54,624 bases of DNA. Source: Patescibacteria group bacterium. Its GTDB lineage: Bacteria; Patescibacteriota; Minisyncoccia; Phycocordibacterales; UBA9973. Within the stretch, counting starts at the first letter, position 1. The number at the start of each line of letters is the position of its first letter. Positions 37,019 through 46,820 of this stretch are shown here, one piece after another. The notes beneath the pieces were generated by a model. That model was not told the origin of the DNA. It saw nothing but the letters and a program-made list of their open reading frames with translations, and ran no database searches. The position numbers were made by a program, and so were the translations under genes. Location of the stretch: the NCBI GenBank assembly GCA_040384365.1, contig JAZKJK010000014.1, positions 1 through 54,624 of the forward strand, written 5' to 3'.

Positions 37019-37495
37019 ATGAAGAAAAGAAAATTAAACAAGCAAAAAAAGGTAGTAATGGTAAGCGGGGGATTTGATCCCGTGCACATCGGTCATGTCA
37101 GGATGTTTGAAGAAGCCAAGAAACTAGGCGATGAGCTGGTAGTTTTACTAAATAATGACAATTGGCTAAAGCTAAAGAAAGGTTATGTTTTTATGCCAGA
37201 ACAAGAGCGAAAAGAAATCATTGAAGCGTTCAAAGTTGTCGATAGAGTTATTTTGACAAGTCACGAAGAAGATACGAAAGATATAAGCATTAGTAAAGAT
37301 TTGTTGTCTCTACGCCCGCATATTTTCGCCAAAGGCGGGGATCGCCATGTCGGGAATATTCCAACGCCGGAAGTTCTAATCTGTAAAGAAATAGGGTGTG
37401 AGATAGTGGATGACATTGGATTTGGCGGTAAAGTTCAAAGTTCTTCAGACTTGGTCAAAAAGGCTAAAGAGAAAACAAAAGCAAAAAATAAATGA
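37019..37495 (+). CDS. Cytidylyltransferase-like nucleotidyltransferase (HIGH family)
   Basis: SGGFDPVHIGH, KKG, ERKEI, FAKGGDR, QSSS. Confidence 0.85.
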   Translation: MKKRKLNKQKKVVMVSGGFDPVHIGHVRMFEEAKKLGDELVVLLNNDNWLKLKKGYVFMPEQERKEIIEAFKVVDRVILTSHEEDTKDISISKDLLSLRPHIFAKGGDRHVGNIPTPEVLICKEIGCEIVDDIGFGGKVQSSSDLVKKAKEKTKAKNK

Positions 37496-38283
37496 AAACT
37501 TTGAACCTGGAAAAACTTAAAGAAAAAGATCTATTCGTTTTTGACTTAGATGGAACTCTGATCGAAACCAAATCCCCAATGGGGGGAGAAATGTCAAAAT
37601 TAATGACTCAACTGCTCCAAGTAAAAAAAGTTGCCATCATCGGCGGAGGAAAGTATGAAATTTTTCAAGAGTTATTTATACGCAAACTAAAATGCCCCAA
37701 AGAACTTTTGAAAAAACTTTATTTATTCCCGACTACGGCGACTTCTTTCTACAAATATAATAATGGTTGGAAAAAAGTTTATGCGAAATTGCTAACCACC
37801 TCCGAAACAACTAAGATCCGAAAATCCTTCAAAGAAGTATTCAAGGCCATAGGGTATCAGCACCCTAAGAAAACTTACGGACCGATCATAGAGAATCGAG
37901 GTACGCAAGTATCTTTTTCAATATATGGGCAAGATTTAGTGCGGGTGCTCGGAGACAAAGGGGTGAGAATGAAAAAGAAGTGGCTCAAAGATAATTTCAA
38001 AACTAAAATGAAAATTGCCAGATTGATGGCCAAAAAGCTCCCAAACATGGAGGTTCATGCCGCTGGTTTTACCACGATTGATGTCACCCAAAAAGGTATC
38101 AATAAAGCCTATGGTATCCACCAAATTCAAAAACAGTTGAAGATTCCTATCAGCAAAATGTTCTTTATTGGCGATGCCATATTTAAAGGGGGTAATGACT
38201 ATGCCGTAGTAAAGACTGGGGTGGACTACCTCCCTGTCAACGGGCCTAAAGACACAGCGAAAATAATTCGTAGTATTGTCTGA
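37492..38283 (+). CDS. HAD-IIB hydrolase, phosphomannomutase-like
   Basis: FDLDGTL..K, IENRGTQVSFS, GFTTIDV...GINKAY, FIGDAIF.GGNDY resemble HAD-type PMM. Confidence 0.75.
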   Translation: MKTLNLEKLKEKDLFVFDLDGTLIETKSPMGGEMSKLMTQLLQVKKVAIIGGGKYEIFQELFIRKLKCPKELLKKLYLFPTTATSFYKYNNGWKKVYAKLLTTSETTKIRKSFKEVFKAIGYQHPKKTYGPIIENRGTQVSFSIYGQDLVRVLGDKGVRMKKKWLKDNFKTKMKIARLMAKKLPNMEVHAAGFTTIDVTQKGINKAYGIHQIQKQLKIPISKMFFIGDAIFKGGNDYAVVKTGVDYLPVNGPKDTAKIIRSIV

Positions 38284-38348
38284 GGTTGGGGTGGGTTTGG
38301 CCCCGGACTCTTTTAGTTATATAATGATACTTAATATCTGAATAACTT

Positions 38349-38690
38349 ATGAAGACACTTATTGTAAAAAAGCCTTGGGGGCAGTTTGAACAATTTACCC
38401 ACAATGAAAAGACAACGGTAAAAATTATTTCAATTAACCATGGTGGTTCTTTGAGTTTACAGACTCACGACCATCGGACAGAATTTTGGCAAGTCATTTC
38501 CGGACACCCAATTGTGACCATCGGTGACAAGAAAATAAATGCAAATCCTGGCGATGAATTTACGGTGGAAAAATTACAACCGCATCGGCTGGAGGCGGCA
38601 GGTGACGATGTGAAAATTCTCGAAATCGCCTTTGGAGATTTCGACGAAGATGACATCATCAGAATAGAAGACAAATATGGTCGCGCTTAA
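38349..38690 (+). CDS. Stand-alone type II phosphomannose isomerase cupin
   Basis: KPWG.F, SLSLQTH.HR.EFW, HRLE, LEIAFG.FDEDDIIRIEDKYGR. Confidence 0.85.
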   Translation: MKTLIVKKPWGQFEQFTHNEKTTVKIISINHGGSLSLQTHDHRTEFWQVISGHPIVTIGDKKINANPGDEFTVEKLQPHRLEAAGDDVKILEIAFGDFDEDDIIRIEDKYGRA

Positions 38691-39810
38691 AAAAATCAAA
38701 AAGAAAATAATAATAAAATCTCGACGTCTAAATGGGTCGGGATCTCGGCTGAAAAAGTCGAATAAAAAAGTAACTCGAAGAACAGTTAGAAGGGTTACTG
38801 TTCTTGAACTCAAAAGATCCAAGAAAAATCCGATTATTGAACCAACCAGTCATAGATATTGGGAATCTAAAGCCACTTTCAATCCTACGGCTCTGTTGCA
38901 TGATGGGAAGGTACATATCATTTATCGGGCCATTGGAGATTCGGACAACTCGGTCTTGGGTTATGCGGGAAGCCATGACGGCTTTACCATCTCAGATAAT
39001 TTTTCTAATCCGGTTTATTTTCATTTCATCGGTCGGGACAAAGATAAATCCCTGCCTTCTATTTCTTATAGCTCCGGCGGTGGCTGGGGTGGCGGGTGTG
39101 AAGATCCACGACTGACGCTCATTGGCGACAAAGCCTATATGCTCTATACCGCTTTTGATGGATGGGGATCTGTGCGGATTGCCCTGACCTTCATCAGCTT
39201 GGATGATTTTATTGCTAAACGCTGGAATTGGAAGGAGCCCGTTCTCATTTCTCCGCCGGGTGAAATTCATAAAAACTGGGTGCTTTTTCCAGAAAAAATA
39301 AAAGGTCAGTACGCGATTTTGCACAGTCTCTCTCCTAAAATCATGATAGATTATTTGGATAGTTTAGATGAACTGGATGGGGATAATTTCATATATAGTG
39401 TTCATCAGGGCAGTCACCTCTGGGGAGAGAGGGATCGAATGATTCGAGGTGTGGGACCTTCACCCTTAAAGACAAAATACGGCTGGCTTGTCTTGTATCA
39501 CAGAATGGAGAAACATGATTCGCATAGATATAAACTCTGGGCGATGATTTTGGACATGAAAGATCCGACTAAGATTTTATACAATTCCAGTCAACCGATT
39601 CTCGAGCCTGATGAGTGGTATGAGAATGAAGGCTACAAGGGGGGAGTCGTCTATTCTTGCGGGGCAGTCATCAAAGACGGACAGCTTTTTGTATATTACG
39701 GAGGCGCGGATAAAGTTTCTGCGGTGGCGACAGCCAATCTAGATAGATTCTTAGAGGAGCTGGTGCATTCCAGTTCATCTAAATTAAAAAATAATAAAAT
39801 TAAAAAATAA
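38677..39810 (+). CDS. GH130-like glycoside phosphorylase/glycosidase with basic N-terminal extension
   Basis: NPII, TFNP, IIYRA, GCEDPRL, KNWVLFPEKI, WLVLYH, VVYSCGA, YYGGAD. Confidence 0.85.
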   Translation: MVALKKIKKKIIIKSRRLNGSGSRLKKSNKKVTRRTVRRVTVLELKRSKKNPIIEPTSHRYWESKATFNPTALLHDGKVHIIYRAIGDSDNSVLGYAGSHDGFTISDNFSNPVYFHFIGRDKDKSLPSISYSSGGGWGGGCEDPRLTLIGDKAYMLYTAFDGWGSVRIALTFISLDDFIAKRWNWKEPVLISPPGEIHKNWVLFPEKIKGQYAILHSLSPKIMIDYLDSLDELDGDNFIYSVHQGSHLWGERDRMIRGVGPSPLKTKYGWLVLYHRMEKHDSHRYKLWAMILDMKDPTKILYNSSQPILEPDEWYENEGYKGGVVYSCGAVIKDGQLFVYYGGADKVSAVATANLDRFLEELVHSSSSKLKNNKIKK

Positions 39811-39813
39811 TTT

Positions 39814-41742
39814 ATGTTTGTTACCAAAAGATCTCACCACAATCCGATTCTTGTCCCCGACAAAGACCATTATTGGGAAGCTTTTGCTTCTTTCAACATG
39901 AGTGTGGTAAAGGTGGGCAGAATGTTTTACGGAGTTTATCGTGCCATTTCAGCTCCGGACAGATTGCGCACTCCTGCGCAGGTTTCCGTCATCGGTATCG
40001 GTAAAAGTAAAGATGGCCGAGATTTTGTGGAGCGTGAGCCTTTTATCATACCTAGCGAGGAATGGGAAAAATTCGGTTGCGAAGATCCGCGCGTAACTTT
40101 TTTTGAGGGAAATTATTACATATTTTATACGGCTTTATCAAAGTATCCTTTTGAAGCAAGTGGCATAAAAGTCGCAGTCGCTATCTCAAAAGACTTAAAA
40201 AAGATAAAAGAAAGGCATCTCGTGACGCCCTTTAATGCCAAAGCCATGACCCTGTTTCTAGAGCGGATAAATGGAAAGATTACAGTGATTCTCTCGGTGA
40301 ATACAGACATGCCCCCAGGGAAGACTGCGATAGCGCAAGTCGATAGCATAGAGGAATTATGGGATTCAAAGTTCTGGGAGGAATGGTATAAAACTGTAGA
40401 TAAGCATACGATTGATCTCAAAAAAACTCCTTATGATCATGTCGAAGTCGGTGCGGCGCCTATTAAAACTAGCCATGGCTGGCTCCTCGTCTATTCACAC
40501 ATTCAAAATTATTTTGGCGGTAGTGGTCTCGATCGTATTTTTGGAGTTGAGGCAGTTTTACTTGATCTAGATAATCCGCTCAAAATTATCGGACGGACAT
40601 ATGGCCCCATATTTGCGCCGCGGGAGTCATACGAGCTTCTGGGTCATGTTCCTGACGTAGTTTTTCCGACTGGGGCAATTGTTAAAAAGGATACACTTTA
40701 TATTTATTATGGAGCCGCAGATATGACGACATGCCTCGCTCATGTAAATCTCACTGACCTCTTGGGTACGATGCGTAGAGAAACAGATGCCGATTGGCAT
40801 TTCAAACGTTCAGCCAAGAACCCAATTATTTTGCCCAACAAAGATCATCCATGGGAGGCCAAGGCCGCTTTCAATCCGGCAGTGATACGAATACGAAACA
40901 CCACGCATATATTATATCGAGCGCTGTCTGAGGACAATACTTCTTATGTCGGTTATGCTTCGACCAAGGATGGTGTGACGATTGATGAGAGACTAGCAGA
41001 ACCTATCTATAGCCCGAGGGAGGATTTTGAATCCAAAAAAATTGCCGGCGGAAATTCTGGTTGTGAAGATCCGCGCCTGACAAAAATAGGTAAAGTCATC
41101 TACATGTGTTACACAGCTTTTGACGGCATCGGCCCGCCGCGAGTGGCCATCACTTCTATTACCGAGGCAGACTTCTTGCGCAAGAATTGGAAATGGGCCA
41201 AGCCTATTTTGATAACGCCACCTGGTTTTGATGACAAAGATACTTGTATTTTTCCCGAGAAAACAAAGGGTCAATATTTTGTCCTGCATCGCGTCGGGAA
41301 CGAAATATGCGGGGATTATTTAAAGTCACTTGATTTTGAGAAGGAGAGTGTCAAAAAATGCATCAGAATCATAGGGCCGCGAATAAATAGTTGGGATAGC
41401 GCCAAAGTCGGTATCTCGGCGCCACCGATAAAAACCAAAAATGGCTGGCTGCTACTCTATCATGGTATTTCCAAAAGTCACAACACCTACCGGGTCGGAG
41501 CGGTCCTGCTCGACCTGGATGACCCTGCCATAGTGCTGGCGCGCACCACCGATCCCATATTTGAGCCACAAGAATTGTATGAAAAAGTCGGCATAGTCAA
41601 CAATGTTGTTTTCCCATGTGGCATGGCCCTACAAGATGGACTGCTTTACATATATTACGGTGGCGCAGATACAGTCGTCGGCGTAGCGACCATGAAGCTC
41701 GATATTATATTGAAAGCTTTGACCAGGGAGGTTAAAAAGTGA
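39814..41742 (+). CDS. Tandem double-domain GH130-like protein
   Basis: Two full sets of NPI/FN/YRA/GCEDPR/VVFP/YYG.AD motifs. Confidence 0.85.
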   Translation: MFVTKRSHHNPILVPDKDHYWEAFASFNMSVVKVGRMFYGVYRAISAPDRLRTPAQVSVIGIGKSKDGRDFVEREPFIIPSEEWEKFGCEDPRVTFFEGNYYIFYTALSKYPFEASGIKVAVAISKDLKKIKERHLVTPFNAKAMTLFLERINGKITVILSVNTDMPPGKTAIAQVDSIEELWDSKFWEEWYKTVDKHTIDLKKTPYDHVEVGAAPIKTSHGWLLVYSHIQNYFGGSGLDRIFGVEAVLLDLDNPLKIIGRTYGPIFAPRESYELLGHVPDVVFPTGAIVKKDTLYIYYGAADMTTCLAHVNLTDLLGTMRRETDADWHFKRSAKNPIILPNKDHPWEAKAAFNPAVIRIRNTTHILYRALSEDNTSYVGYASTKDGVTIDERLAEPIYSPREDFESKKIAGGNSGCEDPRLTKIGKVIYMCYTAFDGIGPPRVAITSITEADFLRKNWKWAKPILITPPGFDDKDTCIFPEKTKGQYFVLHRVGNEICGDYLKSLDFEKESVKKCIRIIGPRINSWDSAKVGISAPPIKTKNGWLLLYHGISKSHNTYRVGAVLLDLDDPAIVLARTTDPIFEPQELYEKVGIVNNVVFPCGMALQDGLLYIYYGGADTVVGVATMKLDIILKALTREVKK

Positions 41743-41762
41743 AAATAAGCTTATGGTTAGGA

Positions 41763-42206
41763 TTACTTATTTGTTCTAAGTTTTTCAATTGCGGCGTATA
41801 TTTCGTCCGATCTGGCTGGTTTATGTAAGAAATAAGCACCTAGTTTATCAGCCTCTACTGTTAGAGGTCCATCTTGGGCATCCGTAGTATACAATATTAT
41901 AGGTACAGTTTTTAAATGTTCTATGTCCCTGATTCTTTTAATTGCATCAATGCCTCGCATATTGGGCATGGTGTTGTCTGTAAGTACAAAATCAGTAGTA
42001 TAACCCGGAGTTGAAAGTTTGTTTACTAGCTGTAGTCCATCTTCTACGGACTCCACCGAAGTGTACCTGCGACCAAGTAATATCATTAACATGTCTCTAA
42101 TATCGGGAGTATCTTCCGCCACTAAAATCCTCAAGTCTATTTTCTCTTTTCCCTCTGGGACTTTTGGTTTTTGGTCGCTTGGTTTTGGTTCGTCTCCGAT
42201 TGACAT
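41763..42206 (-). CDS. Single-domain response regulator receiver (CheY-like)
   Basis: ILVAED, LTDNTMPNMRG, VPIILYT, FLHKP; start set at ATG 42206. Confidence 0.85.
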   Translation of the reverse strand: MSIGDEPKPSDQKPKVPEGKEKIDLRILVAEDTPDIRDMLMILLGRRYTSVESVEDGLQLVNKLSTPGYTTDFVLTDNTMPNMRGIDAIKRIRDIEHLKTVPIILYTTDAQDGPLTVEADKLGAYFLHKPARSDEIYAAIEKLRTNK

Positions 42207-42236
42207 GATATCAAGTATATATGATATAATAGCTAT

Positions 42237-42635
42237 ATGCAAATCAATTTACAGGGTAAAAATATGGAGCTGACGGAGACCATTAAAGACTATGTTTTAA
42301 AGAGGGTGACTAATTTAGAGAAGTTGCTGACTCGGATTGAGGAGAGAGATGGGAAAGTGATGGCGAATTTTGAAGTGAGCAAGTCTACCAATCATCATAA
42401 ATCCGGTGAGATCTTTCATGCCGATTGTTTGATCAAGATAGACGGCAAAGAATTTTTTGGTAGCGCCGACAAAGAAGACCTGTATGCGGCTATAGATGAT
42501 GTGAAAGACAGTCTATACTACGAAATAAATAAAAATAAAGATCGTACTCAGACATTGTTCAAGCGTGGGGCGACTAGTATCAAAAAAATGATGAAAGGTC
42601 TCTCCAAGAAGAATCCGTTTACTTCTAAATATTAG
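42237..42635 (+). CDS. hpf: Ribosome hibernation factor HPF/RaiA
   Basis: MQINLQGKNMELTETIKDYV, EDLYAAID. Confidence 0.9.
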   Translation: MQINLQGKNMELTETIKDYVLKRVTNLEKLLTRIEERDGKVMANFEVSKSTNHHKSGEIFHADCLIKIDGKEFFGSADKEDLYAAIDDVKDSLYYEINKNKDRTQTLFKRGATSIKKMMKGLSKKNPFTSKY

Positions 42636-43476
42636 CTTTCAAAAAATCCTCGTACTTTGTTTCCTTTTTGCCTTCAGGTAAGACTTTTTTGATTATGAAT
42701 TGCTTGCCCTGAGCTTTGTCGATGGGATTATCTATAAGTTCTGCCTCGGTGATTATTATTCTTTTACCGTCTTTGAAAAAGAAAGTTCTGGGCCAGTTAG
42801 CGTACGCGCGGAATTTGCGCCAGTTTTTTTGGGGATCGTCTTTTAGGTCAATCTCTCCATCAGTTTTTACTATTTTTTTTACATAAGTAGCCCCCATGTG
42901 GTTTTGCTCTCTTGGTATAATTTTACCATTGATAAATTCTGGAATAATTTTTACTAATAATTCTCCTCCCAATTTCGCTAAAGATTTTTCCAAATCCTGT
43001 ATAAATTCGTTTCCAGAGAGAGAGATTTTTTCTTGCGCCAGTATTGGTCCGTGGTCCATTTCCTCGTCTATTTTTATAATAGTTACACCTGTTTCTGTGT
43101 CTCCGTTTAAAATGGGCGTCACGATTGGTGAAGAGCCACGATAGAGCGGAAGAAGAGAGGGATGAATGTTTATTATTCCTAATTTTGGCAAATCTAAAAT
43201 TTCTTTAGGAATTATTTTTCCGTAGGATACCACTACGAAAAAATCAAAATCACTCCCTATTTCTCCTTTCTTTAATTTTTCCGGCTGAATAAGGGGGATA
43301 CCGTACTCTTTGGCCCATAGTGCCGTAGGTGGTGGAGTTACTTCTAAATTTCTCCCTTGAGGTTTATCGGGGTTGCTTATAATGAGCCTAGGTATAAAAC
43401 CATTTTTAAATAATTTCTCTAATGTGGGAACAGAGAGTGGTTCTCCTCCAAAAAATACAAAGTTTATTTTATTCAT
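42625..43476 (-). CDS. fmt: Methionyl-tRNA formyltransferase
   Basis: PDKPQGR, VVSYGKII, NIHPSLLP.YRG, TGVTI..IDE.MDHGPI; follows def. Confidence 0.92.
   Translation of the reverse strand: MNKINFVFFGGEPLSVPTLEKLFKNGFIPRLIISNPDKPQGRNLEVTPPPTALWAKEYGIPLIQPEKLKKGEIGSDFDFFVVVSYGKIIPKEILDLPKLGIINIHPSLLPLYRGSSPIVTPILNGDTETGVTIIKIDEEMDHGPILAQEKISLSGNEFIQDLEKSLAKLGGELLVKIIPEFINGKIIPREQNHMGATYVKKIVKTDGEIDLKDDPQKNWRKFRAYANWPRTFFFKDGKRIIITEAELIDNPIDKAQGKQFIIKKVLPEGKKETKYEDFLKANI
42703..42726 (-). repeat. 24-nt REP-like copy in frame within fmt (PIDKAQGK)
   Basis: Minus strand CCCATCGACAAAGCTCAGGGCAAG resembles CCCTTCGACAAGCTCAGGG at 16637-16655. Confidence 0.65.
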
Positions 43477-44048
43477 TTTATTTCTTCTACCTTTATATCT
43501 TTGGCGTGATCAATAAAAAGTATGCCGTTTAAATGGTCTGTCTCGTGCTGGAAAATCTGGGCCAATAGTCCCGCTGCGCCGCGGGTAAATTTCTTGCCAT
43601 TTTCATCATAAGCTGTAACTATCGCCTTGGTCGATCTAAAGGTCTTGCCATAAAGCGGACGGACAGATAGGCAGCCCTCGGGCACCCATTCTTTTTCGCG
43701 TGAGAGCTTGGATATTTTGGGATTGATGAAAATAATATCCTTTACGGCGAGATCTTCCTGAGCGGGGTCGCTGTCTGGTATGTAGCTACCATCACCATGT
43801 TTTTCCTCGATTCTTTCCTTTCTTTGCTCTATAAAATCTTTTGCAAATATTTTTCCCGATACAACAAAAATTCGCATTGAATATCCTATCTGGGGCGCGG
43901 CGATAGCCACACCATCGTCTTGGCTTTTTAAGGCTTCCGACATTTCTTTCAGAACCTTTTTTATTTTTGGGGTTTTAATGTCGTGCACCAGGACTTCCTT
44001 GGATATGTGACGCAAAACTTTTTCATTTTTTTGAAGAATTTTCTTCAT
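43473..44048 (-). CDS. def: Peptide deformylase
   Basis: GVAIAAPQIG, EGCLS, QHETDHLNG. Confidence 0.95.
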   Translation of the reverse strand: MKKILQKNEKVLRHISKEVLVHDIKTPKIKKVLKEMSEALKSQDDGVAIAAPQIGYSMRIFVVSGKIFAKDFIEQRKERIEEKHGDGSYIPDSDPAQEDLAVKDIIFINPKISKLSREKEWVPEGCLSVRPLYGKTFRSTKAIVTAYDENGKKFTRGAAGLLAQIFQHETDHLNGILFIDHAKDIKVEEIK

Positions 44049-44068
44049 CCCTGTATTTTTAATTAGTT

Positions 44069-45367
44069 TTATTTAAGTTCCTTCAAATATTCTAGGAGTT
44101 TTGATAGCTTGACTGTATCTTGAGAACGGTTGCTCATATCTCGCACAATCACTGAATTATCTAGGGCCTCTTTGACCCCAAAGATGAGCGCGTAGGGGAT
44201 GGCTAGCTTTTCTGCGATGGCGAGCTGGGAACCGAGACTGTCTTTCGAGAGGGATTGGGCGATGGGGACATGAGCTTTGCGTAGTATTTCAATAATATTT
44301 AAACTCTTTAGCTTTGCCTCTCCGCCGAGTTGGATGAAATAAATTTTCGGCTTCTTTAATATTCTAGGTGAAAGCTTTTTATACCAAGGCGAGGCCACGA
44401 TTCTATCTACACCGATAGAGATTCCCACAGCTGACACATCCTTCTTGCTTCCAATTTGACGAGCCAGATAATCATAACGTCCGCCAGCGGCGAGTGTGAG
44501 TGGCGCTCCATCTTCAGCGCCTTTTTGTTCTATAATTTCAAAAACTGTGCGAGTGTAATACGAAAGTCCGCGCACTAGATTTTTATTGAGATTGTATTGG
44601 ATGTTCATTTCTTCTAAATATTCCAACACTTCTTTGAAATGTTTTTTGCACGAAGGGCAGAGGAATGAGACAGAGTCCGGAGCATTTTTATTTATCTCTT
44701 TTGTCTTTTCTTCTTTGGAGTCTAGTATGCGTAGGGGATTGATCTTTAAGCGTTCTCGGTCTACCGGCGCTAGGTCACTGATGTGTTTTCGGTAATAGCT
44801 CGTCAGCTCCTTGATGTATCCGTTGCGACATTCTTTGTCACCGATCGAATTGATATCAATAGAGAGATTCGCTGCGCCAGCGTCCTCTAAAATGCTCATG
44901 CCCGCTTTGATGACAAGCGCATCCATAATACTTTTGTCGCTTCCTAATGAATCCAAGTCAAACTGCCAAAACTGTCGATAGCGTCCACGCTGTGGCTTGT
45001 CATGTCTAAAAACTGGGCCGTATTGATACAGCATTACCGGCTGTGGGATTGTCTGCATGCCATGTTCGATATAAGCGCGCACGAGCGGGGCGGTGTGTTC
45101 TGGTCGTAGGGCGAGATGGTCGCCGCCCTTGGTCTTTAACGTATACATCTCTTTATCTACTATGTCTGTGCCTTCGCCTATGCCAGTAGTAAAGATGTCT
45201 TCATTCTCTAGCATTGGAGTTTCGATTGGTTTGAAGCCATAGTACACGGCTACCTCTTGCGCCTTTTCAAAGAATCCTTGAAAGGCGTAGTATTCTTCAT
45301 TCCTAAGATCTCGCATACCCTTTGGTGAAGAAATTTCTTGAGATTTGTTTTTATTTACATTTTTCAT
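44069..45367 (-). CDS. hisS: Histidine--tRNA ligase
   Basis: PKGMRD, LRPEHTA, FRHDKPQRGRYRQF, LVRGLSYYT, GGRYD. Confidence 0.96.
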   Translation of the reverse strand: MKNVNKNKSQEISSPKGMRDLRNEEYYAFQGFFEKAQEVAVYYGFKPIETPMLENEDIFTTGIGEGTDIVDKEMYTLKTKGGDHLALRPEHTAPLVRAYIEHGMQTIPQPVMLYQYGPVFRHDKPQRGRYRQFWQFDLDSLGSDKSIMDALVIKAGMSILEDAGAANLSIDINSIGDKECRNGYIKELTSYYRKHISDLAPVDRERLKINPLRILDSKEEKTKEINKNAPDSVSFLCPSCKKHFKEVLEYLEEMNIQYNLNKNLVRGLSYYTRTVFEIIEQKGAEDGAPLTLAAGGRYDYLARQIGSKKDVSAVGISIGVDRIVASPWYKKLSPRILKKPKIYFIQLGGEAKLKSLNIIEILRKAHVPIAQSLSKDSLGSQLAIAEKLAIPYALIFGVKEALDNSVIVRDMSNRSQDTVKLSKLLEYLKELK

Positions 45368-45388
45368 ATCTTATTTTTTTTACTTATC

Positions 45389-45967
45389 TTATTGTTTATA
45401 TTGACCTGGTAATATATCTAACTTGGTTATTGGTAGCAGTCGCAAGAAGGCTCTGCCCGTCAAGAGATTCTTCTTTACCGCACCCCAGTATCGCGAATCA
45501 GAACTACCACTTCTGTTGTCGCCCATTACAAAGTATTCATCACTTTTTAATTCAACATGCGTAGCATTATTGGCAATATTCTTTACATAGGGTTCATTGA
45601 GAGTTAGTCCCTCCGGATGATCTACATTTGTAATCGTGACTACGCTACCTCTGATGTCCACGGTCTCGTTTGGCAGCCCGATAATTCTTTTGATAAAAAA
45701 TTTCGTTTGGTCTTTGGGATATTTAAAGACGACTACATCATCCCTTTTAGGGTCAGTGAATTTATAAGATATTTTGTCTACGATTAAATAATTTCCGTTT
45801 TCAAAAGTGGGCACCATGGAGGCCCCAGACACGACAAATGGTTCTGCGACAAAGGCGCGGATGGGGAGGACCACTATCAAAGCTATAAACGCAAAACGCA
45901 CTAGCTCCCAGAATGATTGTTTGGTTGAGCGTGGTTTCTCTGCGACTTCACTTATTTCGTTTTCCAT
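45389..45967 (-). CDS. lepB: Signal peptidase I
   Basis: SGASMVPT, FIKRIIGLP, MGDNR..SSDSR.WG; start set at ATG 45967. Confidence 0.93.
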   Translation of the reverse strand: MENEISEVAEKPRSTKQSFWELVRFAFIALIVVLPIRAFVAEPFVVSGASMVPTFENGNYLIVDKISYKFTDPKRDDVVVFKYPKDQTKFFIKRIIGLPNETVDIRGSVVTITNVDHPEGLTLNEPYVKNIANNATHVELKSDEYFVMGDNRSGSSDSRYWGAVKKNLLTGRAFLRLLPITKLDILPGQYKQ

Positions 45968-46064
45968 AGTGCAAATAATAGCATAAAAAATCCTTGACAT
46001 GTTTCGTTTATTTGTTTTGTAATAAAATCTTTGCTACACGATTTTTTTGTGTTATTATATAGAG

Positions 46065-46592
46065 ATGAAATTAGTCGTTGGCCTGGGCAATCCGGGCAAG
46101 GAATATGAAAATACCAGACATAATACTGGGCGTATTGTGGTCGGGCTAATAGAGAAAAAACTTTCAGAAAAAAAGATAAAATTCATCACTCCGGATAATT
46201 TTATGAATAATTCTGGGAAGGCCGTGGCGCCACTTATAAAAAGCAAAAAGGATTTGGCTAGTCTGGTAGTTATTTATGATGATATTGATTTACCGTTAGG
46301 GAAAATTAAAATTTCCTTTAATCGTTCGGCTGGCGGGCACAATGGTCTCGGTTCTATCATCAAAGCCCTAAAAAGCGAGGAATTCTTGCGCATTCGAGTC
46401 GGCCTGTCTCCGGCTACCCCAAAAGGCGTAGTCAAAAAGCCAAAGGGGGAGAAAGCTGTTTTGAATTTCTTATTAGGCGAATTCAAAAAATCAGAATTAG
46501 AAACGATTAAAAAACTGGCTAAAATAGTTGCTGAAGCAGTAGAGACTATATATTCCGAAGGTGCGGGTAAGGCTATGGCGTTGTATAATTAA
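46065..46592 (+). CDS. pth: Peptidyl-tRNA hydrolase
   Basis: VGLGNPG..YENTRHN.G, FMNNSG, YDDIDLPLG, GGHNG, RIRVG. Confidence 0.95.
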   Translation: MKLVVGLGNPGKEYENTRHNTGRIVVGLIEKKLSEKKIKFITPDNFMNNSGKAVAPLIKSKKDLASLVVIYDDIDLPLGKIKISFNRSAGGHNGLGSIIKALKSEEFLRIRVGLSPATPKGVVKKPKGEKAVLNFLLGEFKKSELETIKKLAKIVAEAVETIYSEGAGKAMALYN

Positions 46593-46596
46593 ATTT

Positions 46597-46815
46597 ATGA
46601 CAGAACATGCCATATTAGAAAATGATCCTATAAAAAATGCAGAAACTCATATTTTGGTTCTTCGCCAAGAGATTGCCGCGATGGGCGGCAATGATTACGA
46701 GATTCCGGCTCTCGATGATTTAATTAAGTGTTTAAAAGCAGGAACATGTACGCCTGATGATGCTTTAAAGCAAGCAAAAGAAATTCGAAGCAGAAAACAG
46801 GACAATTTTATATAG
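46597..46815 (+). CDS. Small hypothetical protein
   Basis: 72-aa ORF from ATG 46597 fills the gap between pth and convergent dnaE. Confidence 0.55.
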   Translation: MTEHAILENDPIKNAETHILVLRQEIAAMGGNDYEIPALDDLIKCLKAGTCTPDDALKQAKEIRSRKQDNFI

Positions 46816-46820
46816 ATGTT

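Noticed and set aside
1172-38283. Alternative genetic code (TGA=Gly, as in Gracilibacteria/Absconditabacteria)
   Set aside because: TGA ends full-length genes (e.g. 1807, 34500, 37495, 38283) and no conserved gene is interrupted by TGA.
43740-43850. Charged ~30-aa insertion in peptide deformylase
   Set aside because: It lies in a loop that is variable in this family, and I found no DNA palindrome or repeat behind it.
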